This document shows positions 27,977 through 39,209 of a DNA stretch of 64,000 nucleotides, in pieces (the first letter of the stretch is position 1; each line of letters begins with the position of its first letter). Source of the stretch: an uncultured Alphaproteobacteria bacterium (lineage in GTDB: Bacteria; Pseudomonadota; Alphaproteobacteria; Rickettsiales; CAIJLX01); NCBI GenBank assembly GCA_903821695.1, contig CAIJLX010000067.1, positions 4,956-68,955 of the forward strand, written 5' to 3'. A program made the position numbers and the translations under genes. The notes under the pieces are model-generated. The model saw only the letters and a list, made by a program, of their open reading frames with translations. It did not search any database and was not told the origin of the DNA.

Positions 27977-29766
27977 GCGATTTTTTTCGCGGAGGGTTGC
28001 TCGGAAAATAATTCAGTCAATTGATCGACCATTGCATCACCCAGTTCCGACACATCCCGAATCGTCGCCGCTTTTTGGTAATAGGCTTTCACATCATGGC
28101 CGATGCCTATTGCGACTAATTCCACCGGCGAAAAATGTTCGATGCTTTTAATCACTTCGTGCAAATGCCTGTCGAGATAGGCGCCGTCATTGCTCGAAAG
28201 CGTTGCATCATCGACTGGTGCACCATCCGAAATCACCATCAAAATACGCCGCTCCTCTGGCCGCTCCAGCAAGCGGCGATGTGCCCATAACACCGCCTCG
28301 CCATCGATATTTTCTTTAAGCAATCCTTCCTTCAGCATCAACGCCAAATTTTTGCGTGCGCGGATATAAGGTTGGTCCGCCGGTTTATAAATTATATGCC
28401 GCAAATCATTCAACCGACCAGGATCGCGCGGCATACCATTTTTCATCCAAGCCTGCCTACTTTTGCCGCCCTTCCATTCAGCGGTCGTAAACCCAAGTAT
28501 CTCGGTTTTAATATGACAACGTTCCAATGCACGTGCCAAAATATCGGCGCATAATGCCGCGACCCAAATCGGCCGCCCGCGCATCGAGCCGGAATTATCA
28601 ATCAAGAACGTCACCGACGTATCGCGATAGGTCATCGGCTTTTGCTGCTTATGAATAAAACTAAATGCCGGATCCGCAATCAATTGCGGAAATTTGAGGC
28701 TATCCAACATCCCCTCTTCCAACCCATATTCCCACGCATAAAGCTGATGCGCCAACAACAAACGTTTTAACTTCGCCGCCAGCTTATGCGTAATATCTTT
28801 TTGTTCTTCCAATTTGCGATCCAGCTGCAACCGCAAGCGCACTAATTCTTCTGGCGAAGCCAATTCATCCGCCGTTTTAATTTCATCAAATTCCGTGGTG
28901 AATATTTTATAGACCGGCAGCTCTAAGGCTTTCACCGTGGGTCGATTTGCTTCGCCGGATTCAGCCTCGCTATCTCCATCACGTGGTTGCCCATGTTGGG
29001 TTTTGGGGTCTTCGGTTTGATCTGGTTCTTGATCTGTCTTTTGGCCTGATTGCGCGAGAGAGGATTCGCCGCCGCCTTCTTCTATTGGCACTTCCTCAGG
29101 CGATGATTCTTCGGTGGTTTCCTCCTCTTCTTCCTCCTGCTCTTGCGGCTTTTCTTGCTGCTTCGCATTTTTCCCCATGCGCTGAATTAGTTTGCGCACG
29201 AGCGCGATGAATGCTTCCTGATCATCCAACACTGCCAATAATTTTTCCGTTTCCGGCATCACCATCAGTCGCATAAAATCGCCATGCAATTGCATGATTG
29301 GAATCGCCGCATCTGGCAATCGCGCACCGGTTAATTCTTGCTCCAACACTAACCCAAATGTTTCGGTCAGTGGATCCAATGTTTCCTGATTGCTGACATA
29401 ACCATAACTCTGCCACGCCTGCAGATTTTCCATTACGCCTTTGCGCCCCTGCCCGCCCAATGCAGTGATGCGCGCGATCTCTGCACGCTCTAACATTGCG
29501 CGTTCTTTTGAACCATAACGACCTAATAATTTATTATGTAATGCCGCATCGTGATAACGTAAATTAAGCGCCTCGCGATCAGCCATGCCACGTATCGCCG
29601 CGAATTGTGCAGGGTTTAATTTTTCTTCTGGCAGCAGCAATTCAACACTATTTTGTTCCGTCTGAATTTCAAATACACCCGCAGCCGAGAGCAACCGCGT
29701 GACTTTTACCTCTAGCCCCGGACGTCCGGAAAGTGCCCTGAGTGTCGCCGCCAGCTCATCGTACAT
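27973..29766 (-). CDS. cobT: CobT-like protein (acidic linker plus C-terminal vWA domain)
   Basis: 597 aa. Acidic tract [16 protein letters not shown] and the vWA MIDAS-like motif FLIDNSGSM. Lies immediately downstream of cobS. Confidence 0.85.
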   Translation of the reverse strand: MYDELAATLRALSGRPGLEVKVTRLLSAAGVFEIQTEQNSVELLLPEEKLNPAQFAAIRGMADREALNLRYHDAALHNKLLGRYGSKERAMLERAEIARITALGGQGRKGVMENLQAWQSYGYVSNQETLDPLTETFGLVLEQELTGARLPDAAIPIMQLHGDFMRLMVMPETEKLLAVLDDQEAFIALVRKLIQRMGKNAKQQEKPQEQEEEEEETTEESSPEEVPIEEGGGESSLAQSGQKTDQEPDQTEDPKTQHGQPRDGDSEAESGEANRPTVKALELPVYKIFTTEFDEIKTADELASPEELVRLRLQLDRKLEEQKDITHKLAAKLKRLLLAHQLYAWEYGLEEGMLDSLKFPQLIADPAFSFIHKQQKPMTYRDTSVTFLIDNSGSMRGRPIWVAALCADILARALERCHIKTEILGFTTAEWKGGKSRQAWMKNGMPRDPGRLNDLRHIIYKPADQPYIRARKNLALMLKEGLLKENIDGEAVLWAHRRLLERPEERRILMVISDGAPVDDATLSSNDGAYLDRHLHEVIKSIEHFSPVELVAIGIGHDVKAYYQKAATIRDVSELGDAMVDQLTELFSEQPSAKKIA

Positions 29767-29769
29767 CCG

Positions 29770-30729
29770 CTATAATTCCACCCCGAAGCAGCGCTGGTAA
29801 TATTCCTTAATCGTCGAACGCTCCGATGGCTCCGATTTATTATAAAATGTCATTTTAAACGCCAAATCGAGCTCACCAAATATCAATACGTTTTCGGCCC
29901 AAGTAATCACCGTGCGTGGCGACATCACAGTTGAAAGATCACCCGCCGCCATTCCTGCCCGCGTTAAATTCGCCATCGCCACCATCTGCTGCAAATTGGC
30001 TTTAGTATATTGTTTGGTGAATGCAGGTACTTTCGCTTCGACAATCGCCACCTCTTCTTTTTCTGGCAGATAATTCAGCGTCGTTACAATATTCCAACGA
30101 TCCATCTGACCTTGGTTAATCACCTGCGTGCCATGGTAAAGTCCCGTCGGATCACCAAGCCCCACTGTGTTCGCCGTCGAGAAAATACGGAAGGCAGGAT
30201 GCGGTGTAATCACTCGGTTTTGTTCCAGCAACGTCAGGCGGCCTTCGGCTTCGAGCACACGCTGAATCACGAACATTACATCGGGTCTGCCCGCATCATA
30301 TTCATCAAACACAATCGCAATGCCATGCTCCATCGCAAACGGCACCATGCCTTCGCGGAATTCGGTCACTTGCTTGCCTTCTTTGAGCACAATCGCATCC
30401 CGCCCCAGCAAATCTGCACGGCTAATATGCCCATCCAAATTGATGCGCACGCAAGGCCAATTAAGGCGCGCGGCGACTTGTTCGATATGCGTCGATTTAC
30501 CAGTGCCGTGATAGCCCTGCACCATCACCCGGCGGTTTTGCCCAAAGCCCGCTAGAATCGCACGCGTAGTCACTTGGTCGAAGCGATAAGCAGGATCGAT
30601 TGGCGGAATATATTGCGCGAGTTCCACCTCGCCGGCATAGCCTTCCACCTCAAAATCATTCTTAAGGCCGAATAATTTCTTCGCAGAAAAAATTGGAGCT
30701 GTTTCAAGTTTTTTAGGTTTAGACGCCAT
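29770..30729 (-). CDS. cobS: CobS-like AAA+ (MoxR-type) ATPase
   Basis: 319 aa with Walker A GYHGTGKST and Walker B IVFDEYD. Typical CobS length. Confidence 0.88.
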   Translation of the reverse strand: MASKPKKLETAPIFSAKKLFGLKNDFEVEGYAGEVELAQYIPPIDPAYRFDQVTTRAILAGFGQNRRVMVQGYHGTGKSTHIEQVAARLNWPCVRINLDGHISRADLLGRDAIVLKEGKQVTEFREGMVPFAMEHGIAIVFDEYDAGRPDVMFVIQRVLEAEGRLTLLEQNRVITPHPAFRIFSTANTVGLGDPTGLYHGTQVINQGQMDRWNIVTTLNYLPEKEEVAIVEAKVPAFTKQYTKANLQQMVAMANLTRAGMAAGDLSTVMSPRTVITWAENVLIFGELDLAFKMTFYNKSEPSERSTIKEYYQRCFGVEL

Positions 30730-31831
30730 AGTTTTTAATCACCTGTTCATAAATATCAGTTAAGGCACGAATATCATCAAGCGTAGCAGATTCATTGACT
30801 TTGTGCGCCGTTTCATTAATCAACCCACATTCCACCAACTCCGTACAATAATGGCGAATAAACCGCGCATCCGAAGTGCCACCCGTCGTGCTATATTCCG
30901 GGCGCTTCCCGGTTACTTTCTCAACCGCATCCGCCACCAACGGCGCTACTTTTTTTGGCGGGCAGAAAAATGCCTCAGCAGAAATAGAAGGCTGCAAATT
31001 ATAAATCGAATGCAGATGTTTTTTCGCCAATTTCTCCACCCATTCGACAAGCTTCGCGCCCGTATGTACATCATTAAATCGAATATTAAATTTCGCTTCT
31101 GCTTTCGCCGGAATGACATTGCCCGCAGGATTGCCTACATCGACTGATGTAATTTCCAAATTCGATGGTGGAAAAAATTCGGTGCCTTTATCAAGCTCTG
31201 TCGCTTTCAATTCCTGAAGTAAATTGATTAAAGGCGTGATCGGGTTCGCTGCTTTTTCTGGATACGCGACATGGCCCTGCACGCCCGAAACCGTCAGCGA
31301 AAAACTTACACTTCCGCGTCGGCCAATTTTAATCATCTCGCCTAATTGATTCGGATTCGTCGGCTCGCCTACAATACACGCATCAATCTTCTCACCCTTT
31401 TTTTCGAGCCACTCGAGCATCATTTTCGTGCCGTGTGTTGCGACACCTTCTTCATCGCAAGTGATGAGCAAGCTGAGCGAGCCTTGGGTGGCACAGCGCG
31501 AAGCCGCAACAACCCAAGCTGCGATGGCGGTTTTCATATCGGATGCGCCGCGGCCATACAGAACATTGCCTTCAATCGTCGGCTCAAACGGATCGTGCTT
31601 CCACGCCGCGATATCGCCCGGCGGCACCACATCTACATGACCAGCGAAACAGAGATTGGGGGCAGCAGTGCCTTTACGGGCATAGAGGTTTTCGACATCG
31701 GCAAAACGCTGGCGATGGCAAGTAAAGCCGAGCGGTTTTAGTGCCGCTTCGAGCACATCCAACGCACCACCTTCTTCTGGGGTGATGCTTTTCGTACGCA
31801 TGAGGGCTTGAGAGAGGGCAATTGGATCCAT
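30719..31831 (-). CDS. dapE: Succinyl-diaminopimelate desuccinylase
   Basis: 370 aa M20 peptidase with GHVDVVP, ITCDEEG and the typical DapE N-terminus. Confidence 0.93.
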   Translation of the reverse strand: MDPIALSQALMRTKSITPEEGGALDVLEAALKPLGFTCHRQRFADVENLYARKGTAAPNLCFAGHVDVVPPGDIAAWKHDPFEPTIEGNVLYGRGASDMKTAIAAWVVAASRCATQGSLSLLITCDEEGVATHGTKMMLEWLEKKGEKIDACIVGEPTNPNQLGEMIKIGRRGSVSFSLTVSGVQGHVAYPEKAANPITPLINLLQELKATELDKGTEFFPPSNLEITSVDVGNPAGNVIPAKAEAKFNIRFNDVHTGAKLVEWVEKLAKKHLHSIYNLQPSISAEAFFCPPKKVAPLVADAVEKVTGKRPEYSTTGGTSDARFIRHYCTELVECGLINETAHKVNESATLDDIRALTDIYEQVIKNYGV

Positions 31832-31994
31832 AGGGGTAAAATCTATCTAAAACTTTGGAAAAAGGGGAAGAAATTTCTTACTTTGAGTGAAAAATATTTA
31901 TTCCGAACTGCCTTAATTAGTAGCCAAAGGGCCAAATTGCGGGTTTAGGCACGGAAATTGCTTTATTTAGGGTAGATATAACACGGAGAGCCTT

Positions 31995-32573
31995 ATGACC
32001 ATCATAAATTCGAATTATTCAAGCAACGGCTATTATCAATTAGGTTCGCAGCAAAACACGGCCGCAACGACGACCGGCCCAACCTCACTGGCAGAGGCAT
32101 TGCAGGCAATCGATAACAAATCGGGTGATTCAGCGTATGAGCTTAATTTAAGCAGCGACGCAAATGATTATTTGCAGAGCTTGTTAGAGGCCACCAATAC
32201 TCAAAGCAGCGGGACAAATAGTGCAGATTCGATTCCGGATAATTTTACGCTGACGCCAGATCAGCAAAATAAATTGATCTCGATACTGGATAAATACAAA
32301 GATGCGCCGCAAACGCAGGAGACGTTCAACCAAATTCAAGATGACCTCAAACAAGCCGGTCTTGATCCGGACACATTAGCTGCCAAAGAACAGGCAAATA
32401 ATTTTAATCCTACGGCGGTATTGATTGCGATTATGAGTGGGCAGAGCAGCACCGACACCAACCCAACCGATCCACAACAGATCCAGAGTAAATACAATAC
32501 GCTGAAATCAAATTACCTGCAGCAGGTTGCTGAGATGTGGGAGAAACGCTCGAACGTTAACGCCGCCAGTTAA
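31995..32573 (+). CDS. Orphan Ser/Thr/Asn/Gln-rich protein (192 aa), no signal peptide
   Basis: Only open frame over 579 nt, with a GGAGAG RBS. Low-complexity polar N-terminus ([24 protein letters not shown]). No family recognised. Confidence 0.6.
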   Translation: MTIINSNYSSNGYYQLGSQQNTAATTTGPTSLAEALQAIDNKSGDSAYELNLSSDANDYLQSLLEATNTQSSGTNSADSIPDNFTLTPDQQNKLISILDKYKDAPQTQETFNQIQDDLKQAGLDPDTLAAKEQANNFNPTAVLIAIMSGQSSTDTNPTDPQQIQSKYNTLKSNYLQQVAEMWEKRSNVNAAS

Positions 32574-33697
32574 TGGTGACGTCGCGCGAAGTCGATGCGC
32601 GGATCAACCACGGCATAAGTTAAATCTTCTATCAGGCTCAGTATTAATCCGAGCAGCGTGAAGATATAGAGTGTGCCGAACATCACCGGGTAATCGCGCT
32701 GCATTGCCGCTTCAAAGCCTAACAGCCCCAGCCCATCAAGCGAAAATACGATTTCGATAATGAACGCGCTGGTGAATAAAATGCCAAGCAACGCACGTGG
32801 GAAACCAGCAATAATCAACAACATCGCGTTACGGAAAACGTGGCCGTAAAGCACCTGCCGCTCGTTACAACCTTTGGCGCGCGCGGTAAGCACATATTGC
32901 TTGCTGATTTCTTCTAGGAAGAAGTTTTTGGTCATCATTGTAAGGCTCGCGAAGCCGCCAATCACCATCGCGGCCACCGGTAAAATCAAATGCCAGAGAT
33001 AATCGAGCGCCTTCATATACCACGGCATAAACATCCAATCATTTGATGTAAGCCCTCGCAGCGGGAAAATTTCTAGCACACTCCCGCCGGCGAAAAGTAC
33101 AATCAACAAAATCGCGAATAGTAGCGAGGGAATGGCACAACCAATAATGATCACAAACGAAGTGGTGATATCAAATCGGCTTCCATCTTGAATCGCTTTG
33201 CGGATACCAAGCGGAATGGAAATGCTATAGACGATCAATGTCGTAAATAATCCGAGCGAAATCGAGACCGGTAATTTTTCCATTACCAGATGGACGACAG
33301 TAGCGGAGCGGAAAAAACTCTCACCCAAATCGAAGGTTAAATAATGCTTCATCATTTTGAAAAAGCGCGTAACCGGCGGCTCATCCATGCCATATAGTTT
33401 TTCGATTTTAGCAATCAATTCAGGGTCCAAGCCTTGTGAGCCACGATAACGGCTTTCGCTCGCACCCTGCGCCATATTAGCTCCCGAACGTAATGTGGAT
33501 CCTGCTGCACCCATCGTGTCGCCTGCGCCTGCACCGGTGAAACGTTGGCCTGCCTCAGCACCAGTACCGGTCAGGGTCGCGATCATTTGTTCGACAGGGC
33601 CACCTGGCGCCCATTGCACGAAGATGAAATTGAGCACCATAATCCCAAACAAGGTAGGGATCATCAGCAGCACACGTCTTGAAATATAGCGATACAT
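32570..33697 (-). CDS. yejB: ABC transporter permease, YejB-like (peptide/microcin C type)
   Basis: 375 aa. DppB/OppB-type permease with the Gly/Ala-rich insertion typical of YejB. Lies directly downstream of the SBP gene. Confidence 0.85.
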   Translation of the reverse strand: MYRYISRRVLLMIPTLFGIMVLNFIFVQWAPGGPVEQMIATLTGTGAEAGQRFTGAGAGDTMGAAGSTLRSGANMAQGASESRYRGSQGLDPELIAKIEKLYGMDEPPVTRFFKMMKHYLTFDLGESFFRSATVVHLVMEKLPVSISLGLFTTLIVYSISIPLGIRKAIQDGSRFDITTSFVIIIGCAIPSLLFAILLIVLFAGGSVLEIFPLRGLTSNDWMFMPWYMKALDYLWHLILPVAAMVIGGFASLTMMTKNFFLEEISKQYVLTARAKGCNERQVLYGHVFRNAMLLIIAGFPRALLGILFTSAFIIEIVFSLDGLGLLGFEAAMQRDYPVMFGTLYIFTLLGLILSLIEDLTYAVVDPRIDFARRHH

Positions 33698-33698
33698 C

Positions 33699-35624
33699 TT
33701 ATTTCCCTTTCATCCACCAGTTTTCAAGACCGATGCTGTAGATAGGCAACCGCTCTGGGCGGCCAAATTTATTCCAATAAGCGATGCGGAAATTGCGGGT
33801 ATGCCAATTCGGAATCACATAATAATTCCACAACAATGTACGATCCAGCGCACGAGCGGAAGCAATCAATGTTTCAAGATCTTTTGCTGCCACTAACTTT
33901 TCCGTGAGCACATCTACCGCCGGATTTTTGATCCCTGCCATATTCGCGCCGCCCGGAATATCCGCACGGCTCGAGTGCCAATAGGCTAGCTGTTCATTGC
34001 CTGGAAACAGCGACTGATTAAACACATGCATAATCATATCGTAGTCATAGGTTTGCAAACGTTTCTGATATTGGCTTGCATCCACTGTGCGCATGCTCGC
34101 ATTAATACCGAGGCGTTTTAGGTTTTTCAGGAATGGCGCCGCTACGCGTTCAAAGTTGGGGGCTGAAAGTAGAATTTGAAAATGGAATGGCTCACCTTTT
34201 GCATTCACTAATATACCGTCTTTAATTTTCCATCCAGCTTGTTCCAACAGCGTGCGTGCGCGCAATAAATTACGGCGGTTAAAACCTGTACCATCGGTGA
34301 TAGGATTAGTGAAGATTGTTTCAAATGCCTGCCCAGGAATTAATGAACGCAAAGGCTCCATCAATTCCAACTCTGTACCGGTAGGTTTTCCGCCCGCGGC
34401 ATAAAAACTATTGGCGAAATAGCTTTGGTTACGAGTATAGAGACCAAAGAATAATGTTTTGTTCGCCCACTCAAAATCGAACGCAAGATTCAGCGCTTCT
34501 CGCACGCGCACATCCTGAAATTGTGCTTTGCGTGTGTTAAACACAAACGATTGCATACCCGTTGGAATCGCATGTGGGATGGTTTCTTTTTTTGCTCTAC
34601 CATTGCGCATCGCGGGGAAATTATAGGCACGCGCCCAATCACGCGCGACATTTTCTAGGCGCAAATCATATGCTCCAGCTTTAAATGCTTCTAGGGCAAC
34701 CGTTGCATCGCGGTAATAATCAAAGCTCATAATATCAAAATTATTGCGACCGCGATTTACCGGCAAATCTTTCGCCCAATAATCTTTCACTCGTTGATAG
34801 CGGATCGAATGACCGGGCGCGAAATCAAGAATTTTATAAGGACCACTACCGAGGGGCATGATGGCTGTTCCGGATTTAGAAAAATCTTTGTCTTTCCAAA
34901 AATGTTTGGGGATAATCGGCAATTCACCAACCAACAATGGCAGCTCACGGTTTTCATCGGTTTTGAAACTGAACTTCACTTCGCTCGGCGAAAGAGCCTC
35001 TGCCTTTTCTACATCGCGATAGGTTTGTTGATAGAGAGGGTGGCCTTTTTCCATTAATATATTAAAACTAAATACCACATCGTCTGCCGTAATTTTTTGC
35101 CCATCATGCCAGCGTGCTTCGGGGCGCAAACGGAAGCGAACGGAGCGTTTGTCCGATGCTACCATGACTTCCTTTGCCAGCAGACCATAACGCGAAAATG
35201 GCTCATCATTCGACGATTCTAGCAACGTATCATAAATGGCACCGAGGCCGATTGCGGGGCTGCCTTTTAAGATAAAACCATTCAAGCTATCAAAGGTGCC
35301 GATATCATGTTGACGCAATGTTCCACCTTTCGGCGCATTAGGATTCACGTAATCAAAATGTTCAAAATCGGCCGGATATTTCACATCACCAAAGGGTGAA
35401 AGCGCGTGCAGCCACTCGCCGGTTTTCATGACACCGCCAGAATATTGCAGCAATTGTTGTTTCAACATTTCACCGGCAAAATTGGCGGGCAGTTCATTTT
35501 CTTCCGCCACAACAGGACCAGACAATTCGCCTAGTAATCGTTGCGCATGGGCTGTCGGCATTTTTGCTGCGAACAAAGAAGATGCAGCAAAAAGCGTCAG
35601 GATGAAGAGGACAATTCTAGCCAT
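33699..35624 (-). CDS. yejA: ABC transporter substrate-binding protein, family 5, YejA-like
   Basis: 641 aa with signal peptide [19 protein letters not shown] and SBP_bac_5-like sequence throughout. Confidence 0.85.
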   Translation of the reverse strand: MARIVLFILTLFAASSLFAAKMPTAHAQRLLGELSGPVVAEENELPANFAGEMLKQQLLQYSGGVMKTGEWLHALSPFGDVKYPADFEHFDYVNPNAPKGGTLRQHDIGTFDSLNGFILKGSPAIGLGAIYDTLLESSNDEPFSRYGLLAKEVMVASDKRSVRFRLRPEARWHDGQKITADDVVFSFNILMEKGHPLYQQTYRDVEKAEALSPSEVKFSFKTDENRELPLLVGELPIIPKHFWKDKDFSKSGTAIMPLGSGPYKILDFAPGHSIRYQRVKDYWAKDLPVNRGRNNFDIMSFDYYRDATVALEAFKAGAYDLRLENVARDWARAYNFPAMRNGRAKKETIPHAIPTGMQSFVFNTRKAQFQDVRVREALNLAFDFEWANKTLFFGLYTRNQSYFANSFYAAGGKPTGTELELMEPLRSLIPGQAFETIFTNPITDGTGFNRRNLLRARTLLEQAGWKIKDGILVNAKGEPFHFQILLSAPNFERVAAPFLKNLKRLGINASMRTVDASQYQKRLQTYDYDMIMHVFNQSLFPGNEQLAYWHSSRADIPGGANMAGIKNPAVDVLTEKLVAAKDLETLIASARALDRTLLWNYYVIPNWHTRNFRIAYWNKFGRPERLPIYSIGLENWWMKGK

Positions 35625-36289
35625 AAAGGGGTTTTTAACTTTTTGAGGAATTCGGTGTGTGATGCCATTTCTTCCGCGCTCGCTTCATGCAGACGCGGTT
35701 CTTTGTAAGCCGTTTTTTCTTGCGCGTTTGCACCGGCCAATATTTTCTGCGCAAACTCGAGCGAGGATTGCGCGCCACCCATCAGCTCGAGATACATATC
35801 CGCCAATAATTCAGCATCTAGCAACGCACCGTGTTTGGTGCGGGTGGAAAGATCAATATTAAAACGTTTGCACAGAGCATCAAGCGAAGCTGGTGCGCCA
35901 GGGAATTTCTGGCGTGCGACCATCAGCGTATCAATCACCTCACGCCCAGGCCCAAGCGCAGGGAAGCCAATCATGCCCAATTCAAAATCCAGAAATTTGA
36001 GATCGAAGGCAGCGTTGTGAATCACTAGTGGTGAGTCATCGAGGAATGCTAGGAAATCAACAGCGACATCAGCAAATTTTGCTTTGCCTTTTAAAAAATT
36101 GGTAGAGAGGCCATGGATGCGGAACGCTTCATCCGGCATTTCTCGCGAAGGATCCAGATAGGTGTGAAACACCCTGCCCGTACGCACGCGGTTGATCATT
36201 TCAACACAACCAATCTCGACAATACGGTGACCTCCTTTTACAGGGTCAAGTCCGGTCGTCTCGGTATCTAGTGCGATCTGGCGGTTCAT
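35597..36289 (-). CDS. dnaQ: DNA polymerase III epsilon subunit (3'-5' exonuclease)
   Basis: Exo motifs IALDTETTGLDP, HNAAFDLKFL and HGALLDAELLADMY. The preferred ATG at 36289 forms an ATGA overlap with the coaE stop. Confidence 0.93.
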   Translation of the reverse strand: MNRQIALDTETTGLDPVKGGHRIVEIGCVEMINRVRTGRVFHTYLDPSREMPDEAFRIHGLSTNFLKGKAKFADVAVDFLAFLDDSPLVIHNAAFDLKFLDFELGMIGFPALGPGREVIDTLMVARQKFPGAPASLDALCKRFNIDLSTRTKHGALLDAELLADMYLELMGGAQSSLEFAQKILAGANAQEKTAYKEPRLHEASAEEMASHTEFLKKLKTPLWLELSSSS

Positions 36290-36861
36290 AAGAGGAGGCC
36301 AACAATCTCGCACAATGTGACGCGTTTGCCAAGGCCGGTATGCACAATAATATCCGCGCGGCGACGTTTCTCAGCATCAGGTATTTGCAAGCGCAAAATA
36401 TCGTGGAATTTTTGCTCTGTCATGCCCGTGCGTTTCAACACACGGTGGCGCTGCACCATCGCAGGCGCAGTTACTACTATCACTTCATCACAGCGTTCAT
36501 TTGCTGCGGTTTCAAACAATAGTGGAATATCAAGCACCACCACATGTTTACGTTGTTGGCGCATGCGCTTGAGGAAATGATTTTCTGCTTCTCGCACTAG
36601 CGGATGCATAATTGCCTCTAGCTGCTTTTTTAATGTTGGATCCGCAAAAATTTTTCTGCCTAACGCTTGGCGATCTACCGCGCTTTTTTCAACGCAATCA
36701 GGAAAATGTTTTTCAATGTAGGGAACAGCCGCACCATTTTTTGCTAGCAGTTTGTGAACGGCAGCATCCGCTTCAAATACGGGGATGCGTAAGTTTTTAA
36801 ACATCCGCGCGGTTTCGCTTTTGCCCATGCCGATCGAGCCGGTAAGGCCCAGGATTTTCAT
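36286..36861 (-). CDS. coaE: Dephospho-CoA kinase
   Basis: MKILGLTGSIGMGKS P-loop at the preferred start (36861), which forms an ATGA overlap with the aroE stop. Confidence 0.92.
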   Translation of the reverse strand: MKILGLTGSIGMGKSETARMFKNLRIPVFEADAAVHKLLAKNGAAVPYIEKHFPDCVEKSAVDRQALGRKIFADPTLKKQLEAIMHPLVREAENHFLKRMRQQRKHVVVLDIPLLFETAANERCDEVIVVTAPAMVQRHRVLKRTGMTEQKFHDILRLQIPDAEKRRRADIIVHTGLGKRVTLCEIVGLLL

Positions 36862-37685
36862 CCTCCCAGCACGCATTTGCGCAAACCTGGGGTTACTTGT
36901 GGCTTTACACCGAACCATTCCTCAAAACCGGGCGCGGCTTGATGCAGCAACATGCCCAATCCATCGACAACAGGATTACCACGAGCAGCCGCATTTTTGA
37001 GTAGCTCAGTTTGCAGTGGCGTATAGACAATATCGGTCACGATCGCCGATTTTGGCAGCTCATCCAAACTCATTTCGAGCGGTTGCCCGCCTTTCATGCC
37101 AAGCGAAGTAGCGTTAATCAGCAGATCAGCATTCGCCAATGATTCTGCCGGTTTTTTCCAATCCCCCACCGTAGTGTTAGGAAATATTTTAGAGAGTTGT
37201 AATGCTTTTTCCTTAGTGCGGTTTAATAGGCGAATGGAGGTCACTCCGGCTTCCAATAACGCAACGATGATGCCGCGTGCCGCGCCGCCTGCACCTAATA
37301 ACACTACGTTTGTCTTTTCTGGATTCCAGTTTGGCGCACCAGCCTTGAGGTTTTGGATAAAACCATAGCCATCGGTGTTAAACGCTTTCACGATACGGCC
37401 GCTATCAAACACTAGAGTATTTACCGCACCGATTTTTAACACATCCGGATCAATGACACCTAACTCGGTACAAATGCGGAAGGCGGTTTCTTTGTGTGGG
37501 ATTGTAAGGTTGAGGCCCGCAAAGCCTATTTTCGGCAATAGATGCAATGCATCTGGCAGATGATCTGGCGAAATTGGCAACGGCACATATGCACCTTCGA
37601 TTTTATATTCTTTTAGCCAATATCCATGTAGCGCTGGTGAACGTGAATGTTCGACCGGCCAACCGGCTACGCCCGCCAGTTTCAT
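36858..37685 (-). CDS. aroE: Shikimate 5-dehydrogenase
   Basis: 275 aa with SRSPALHGYW, LNLTIPHK and NADP-binding LLGAGGAARG. Confidence 0.94.
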   Translation of the reverse strand: MKLAGVAGWPVEHSRSPALHGYWLKEYKIEGAYVPLPISPDHLPDALHLLPKIGFAGLNLTIPHKETAFRICTELGVIDPDVLKIGAVNTLVFDSGRIVKAFNTDGYGFIQNLKAGAPNWNPEKTNVVLLGAGGAARGIIVALLEAGVTSIRLLNRTKEKALQLSKIFPNTTVGDWKKPAESLANADLLINATSLGMKGGQPLEMSLDELPKSAIVTDIVYTPLQTELLKNAAARGNPVVDGLGMLLHQAAPGFEEWFGVKPQVTPGLRKCVLGG

Positions 37686-38992
37686 ACTTTATCCTGAATG
37701 TTGGTCGCCGCTTGCGCAGGCGCTTTGTATTTCAAGAACGGCAGATATTTGGTGAGCGGTGCGAAGATGCTATGCTCATTCATATAAAGCCCATATTGGA
37801 CATATTCCGGATAATGCGAGAGGTGGTTCTCTTCCGTTTTAGCGCGCAAATAATAAATGAGATTTACACCTGCCAGCAACACACTATGACGAATTGCATC
37901 GTCGATGCCAGCGCTCGAAATAAACGGAACGGAGATCAGCCACCAGCTAAAATTTTTAGTCACATAGGCCGGATGTTTAGTGAAACGATATGGCCCATTT
38001 GCAACCAACCCACGATAAGTTAAATTTGAGAAACGATACCCAAGGCACACCGTCGCCAATGCATAAATTACTTCGAGGGAAAGAATTATCATGCCCCAGA
38101 AGAAATAGATCGCCGGGGTTTGTTCAAACAAGTTCCCCCAATAAATATTATCATCATAGGCAAAATAATGGCCGTAAAACAGCGTTTGCCAAAGCGGCGC
38201 ATAACACATGATGGCAACCACCCAACCGCGGAAAGTCGGCTCTGAAGAACGGATGTGCGAATCGAGGAAGCGGAACGTCATTGCATAACCAACGCCGGCA
38301 AAAATAAGATCGGCGAAGAAAATTAAATTGTTCGAATATTCAAAAAATCTTCTGAAATCGGTCATATTATTGAAGTCATAATTCACAATCATCTGTGCGT
38401 TGCCACCGAGATAGGTGAACATCAGCGGCAAGAAGAATGCCTTTACCAACCAATTGCGCAAATGGCGGCCGATCAGATTAATATCCACCTCGCTCCATTG
38501 CAGCATGACGAGCAAACCCATCTGCCAATAGGCATCTTCAGGCTCCTTCATGCGGCCATCCATCCACCAGAAATAGGGGATCGAAAACAGCACGAGTAAC
38601 GGAATGGTATAATTCAGCACGTCCCAATAACGCCCGAAGTTATTGATGCTATATTCCGGAATTACCCAATATAAAAACGCCAGGAACGCGAGCGTGCCGA
38701 TAAGGCCAACGATTTTTACCGCCACGCGCTCCGGATTAGCATCATCTGCTTTTTGTTTAAGGCCTGTGCTTGGGCGATCTTGCACTTTGAACACAAATAA
38801 TTCGACGATAAAGATCGGCAGTGATGCAGCAAACATTGCGACTACAGAAAGCGTCAATATATCCGTTCCCGGAAAATAAAACCGCACCACCATTAATGAG
38901 AGCATGCAGCAAGCAAACCCAAACAGGTTTAAGCCAAGATGCGAAACGGATGGTGGCAACGCGAGCGGCTTCTTATTGAAGAATTTTGCCAT
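37682..38992 (-). CDS. Polytopic membrane protein with a C-terminal ICMT/PEMT-like methyltransferase domain
   Basis: 436 aa with about 10 TM helices. The C-terminal GPYRFTKHPAYVTKNFSWW...RAKTEENHL resembles the isoprenylcysteine carboxyl methyltransferase motif GxYxxxRHPxY...EE. The stop overlaps the aroE start. Confidence 0.65.
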   Translation of the reverse strand: MAKFFNKKPLALPPSVSHLGLNLFGFACCMLSLMVVRFYFPGTDILTLSVVAMFAASLPIFIVELFVFKVQDRPSTGLKQKADDANPERVAVKIVGLIGTLAFLAFLYWVIPEYSINNFGRYWDVLNYTIPLLVLFSIPYFWWMDGRMKEPEDAYWQMGLLVMLQWSEVDINLIGRHLRNWLVKAFFLPLMFTYLGGNAQMIVNYDFNNMTDFRRFFEYSNNLIFFADLIFAGVGYAMTFRFLDSHIRSSEPTFRGWVVAIMCYAPLWQTLFYGHYFAYDDNIYWGNLFEQTPAIYFFWGMIILSLEVIYALATVCLGYRFSNLTYRGLVANGPYRFTKHPAYVTKNFSWWLISVPFISSAGIDDAIRHSVLLAGVNLIYYLRAKTEENHLSHYPEYVQYGLYMNEHSIFAPLTKYLPFLKYKAPAQAATNIQDKV

Positions 38993-38995
38993 GGT

Positions 38996-39199
38996 TTATT
39001 GCTGCTGTTGCACAGGTTGCGCACGATAATCAGCTAATGTTTTTGGGTGTACTGCAATTTTACCCTTCGCTGGTGTTGGCGCAGGTGGCGTATTTTTTTG
39101 TGCGATGAAGTTAGATTGACCTTGCTGAATGGTTGCTGCTGCTTGCGCCAGGGCTCCGGTGGCAAACAATAAAACGAAAAGAACAGAAAGCAAACGCAT
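38996..39199 (-). CDS. Small secreted protein (67 aa)
   Basis: Signal peptide MRLLSVLFVLLFATGALAQA and a Gln/Pro-rich mature part. Packed between two same-strand genes. A competing 65-aa frame (39034-39231) lacks any such signal. Confidence 0.5.
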   Translation of the reverse strand: MRLLSVLFVLLFATGALAQAAATIQQGQSNFIAQKNTPPAPTPAKGKIAVHPKTLADYRAQPVQQQQ

Positions 39200-39209
39200 G
39201 GCAACTCCT

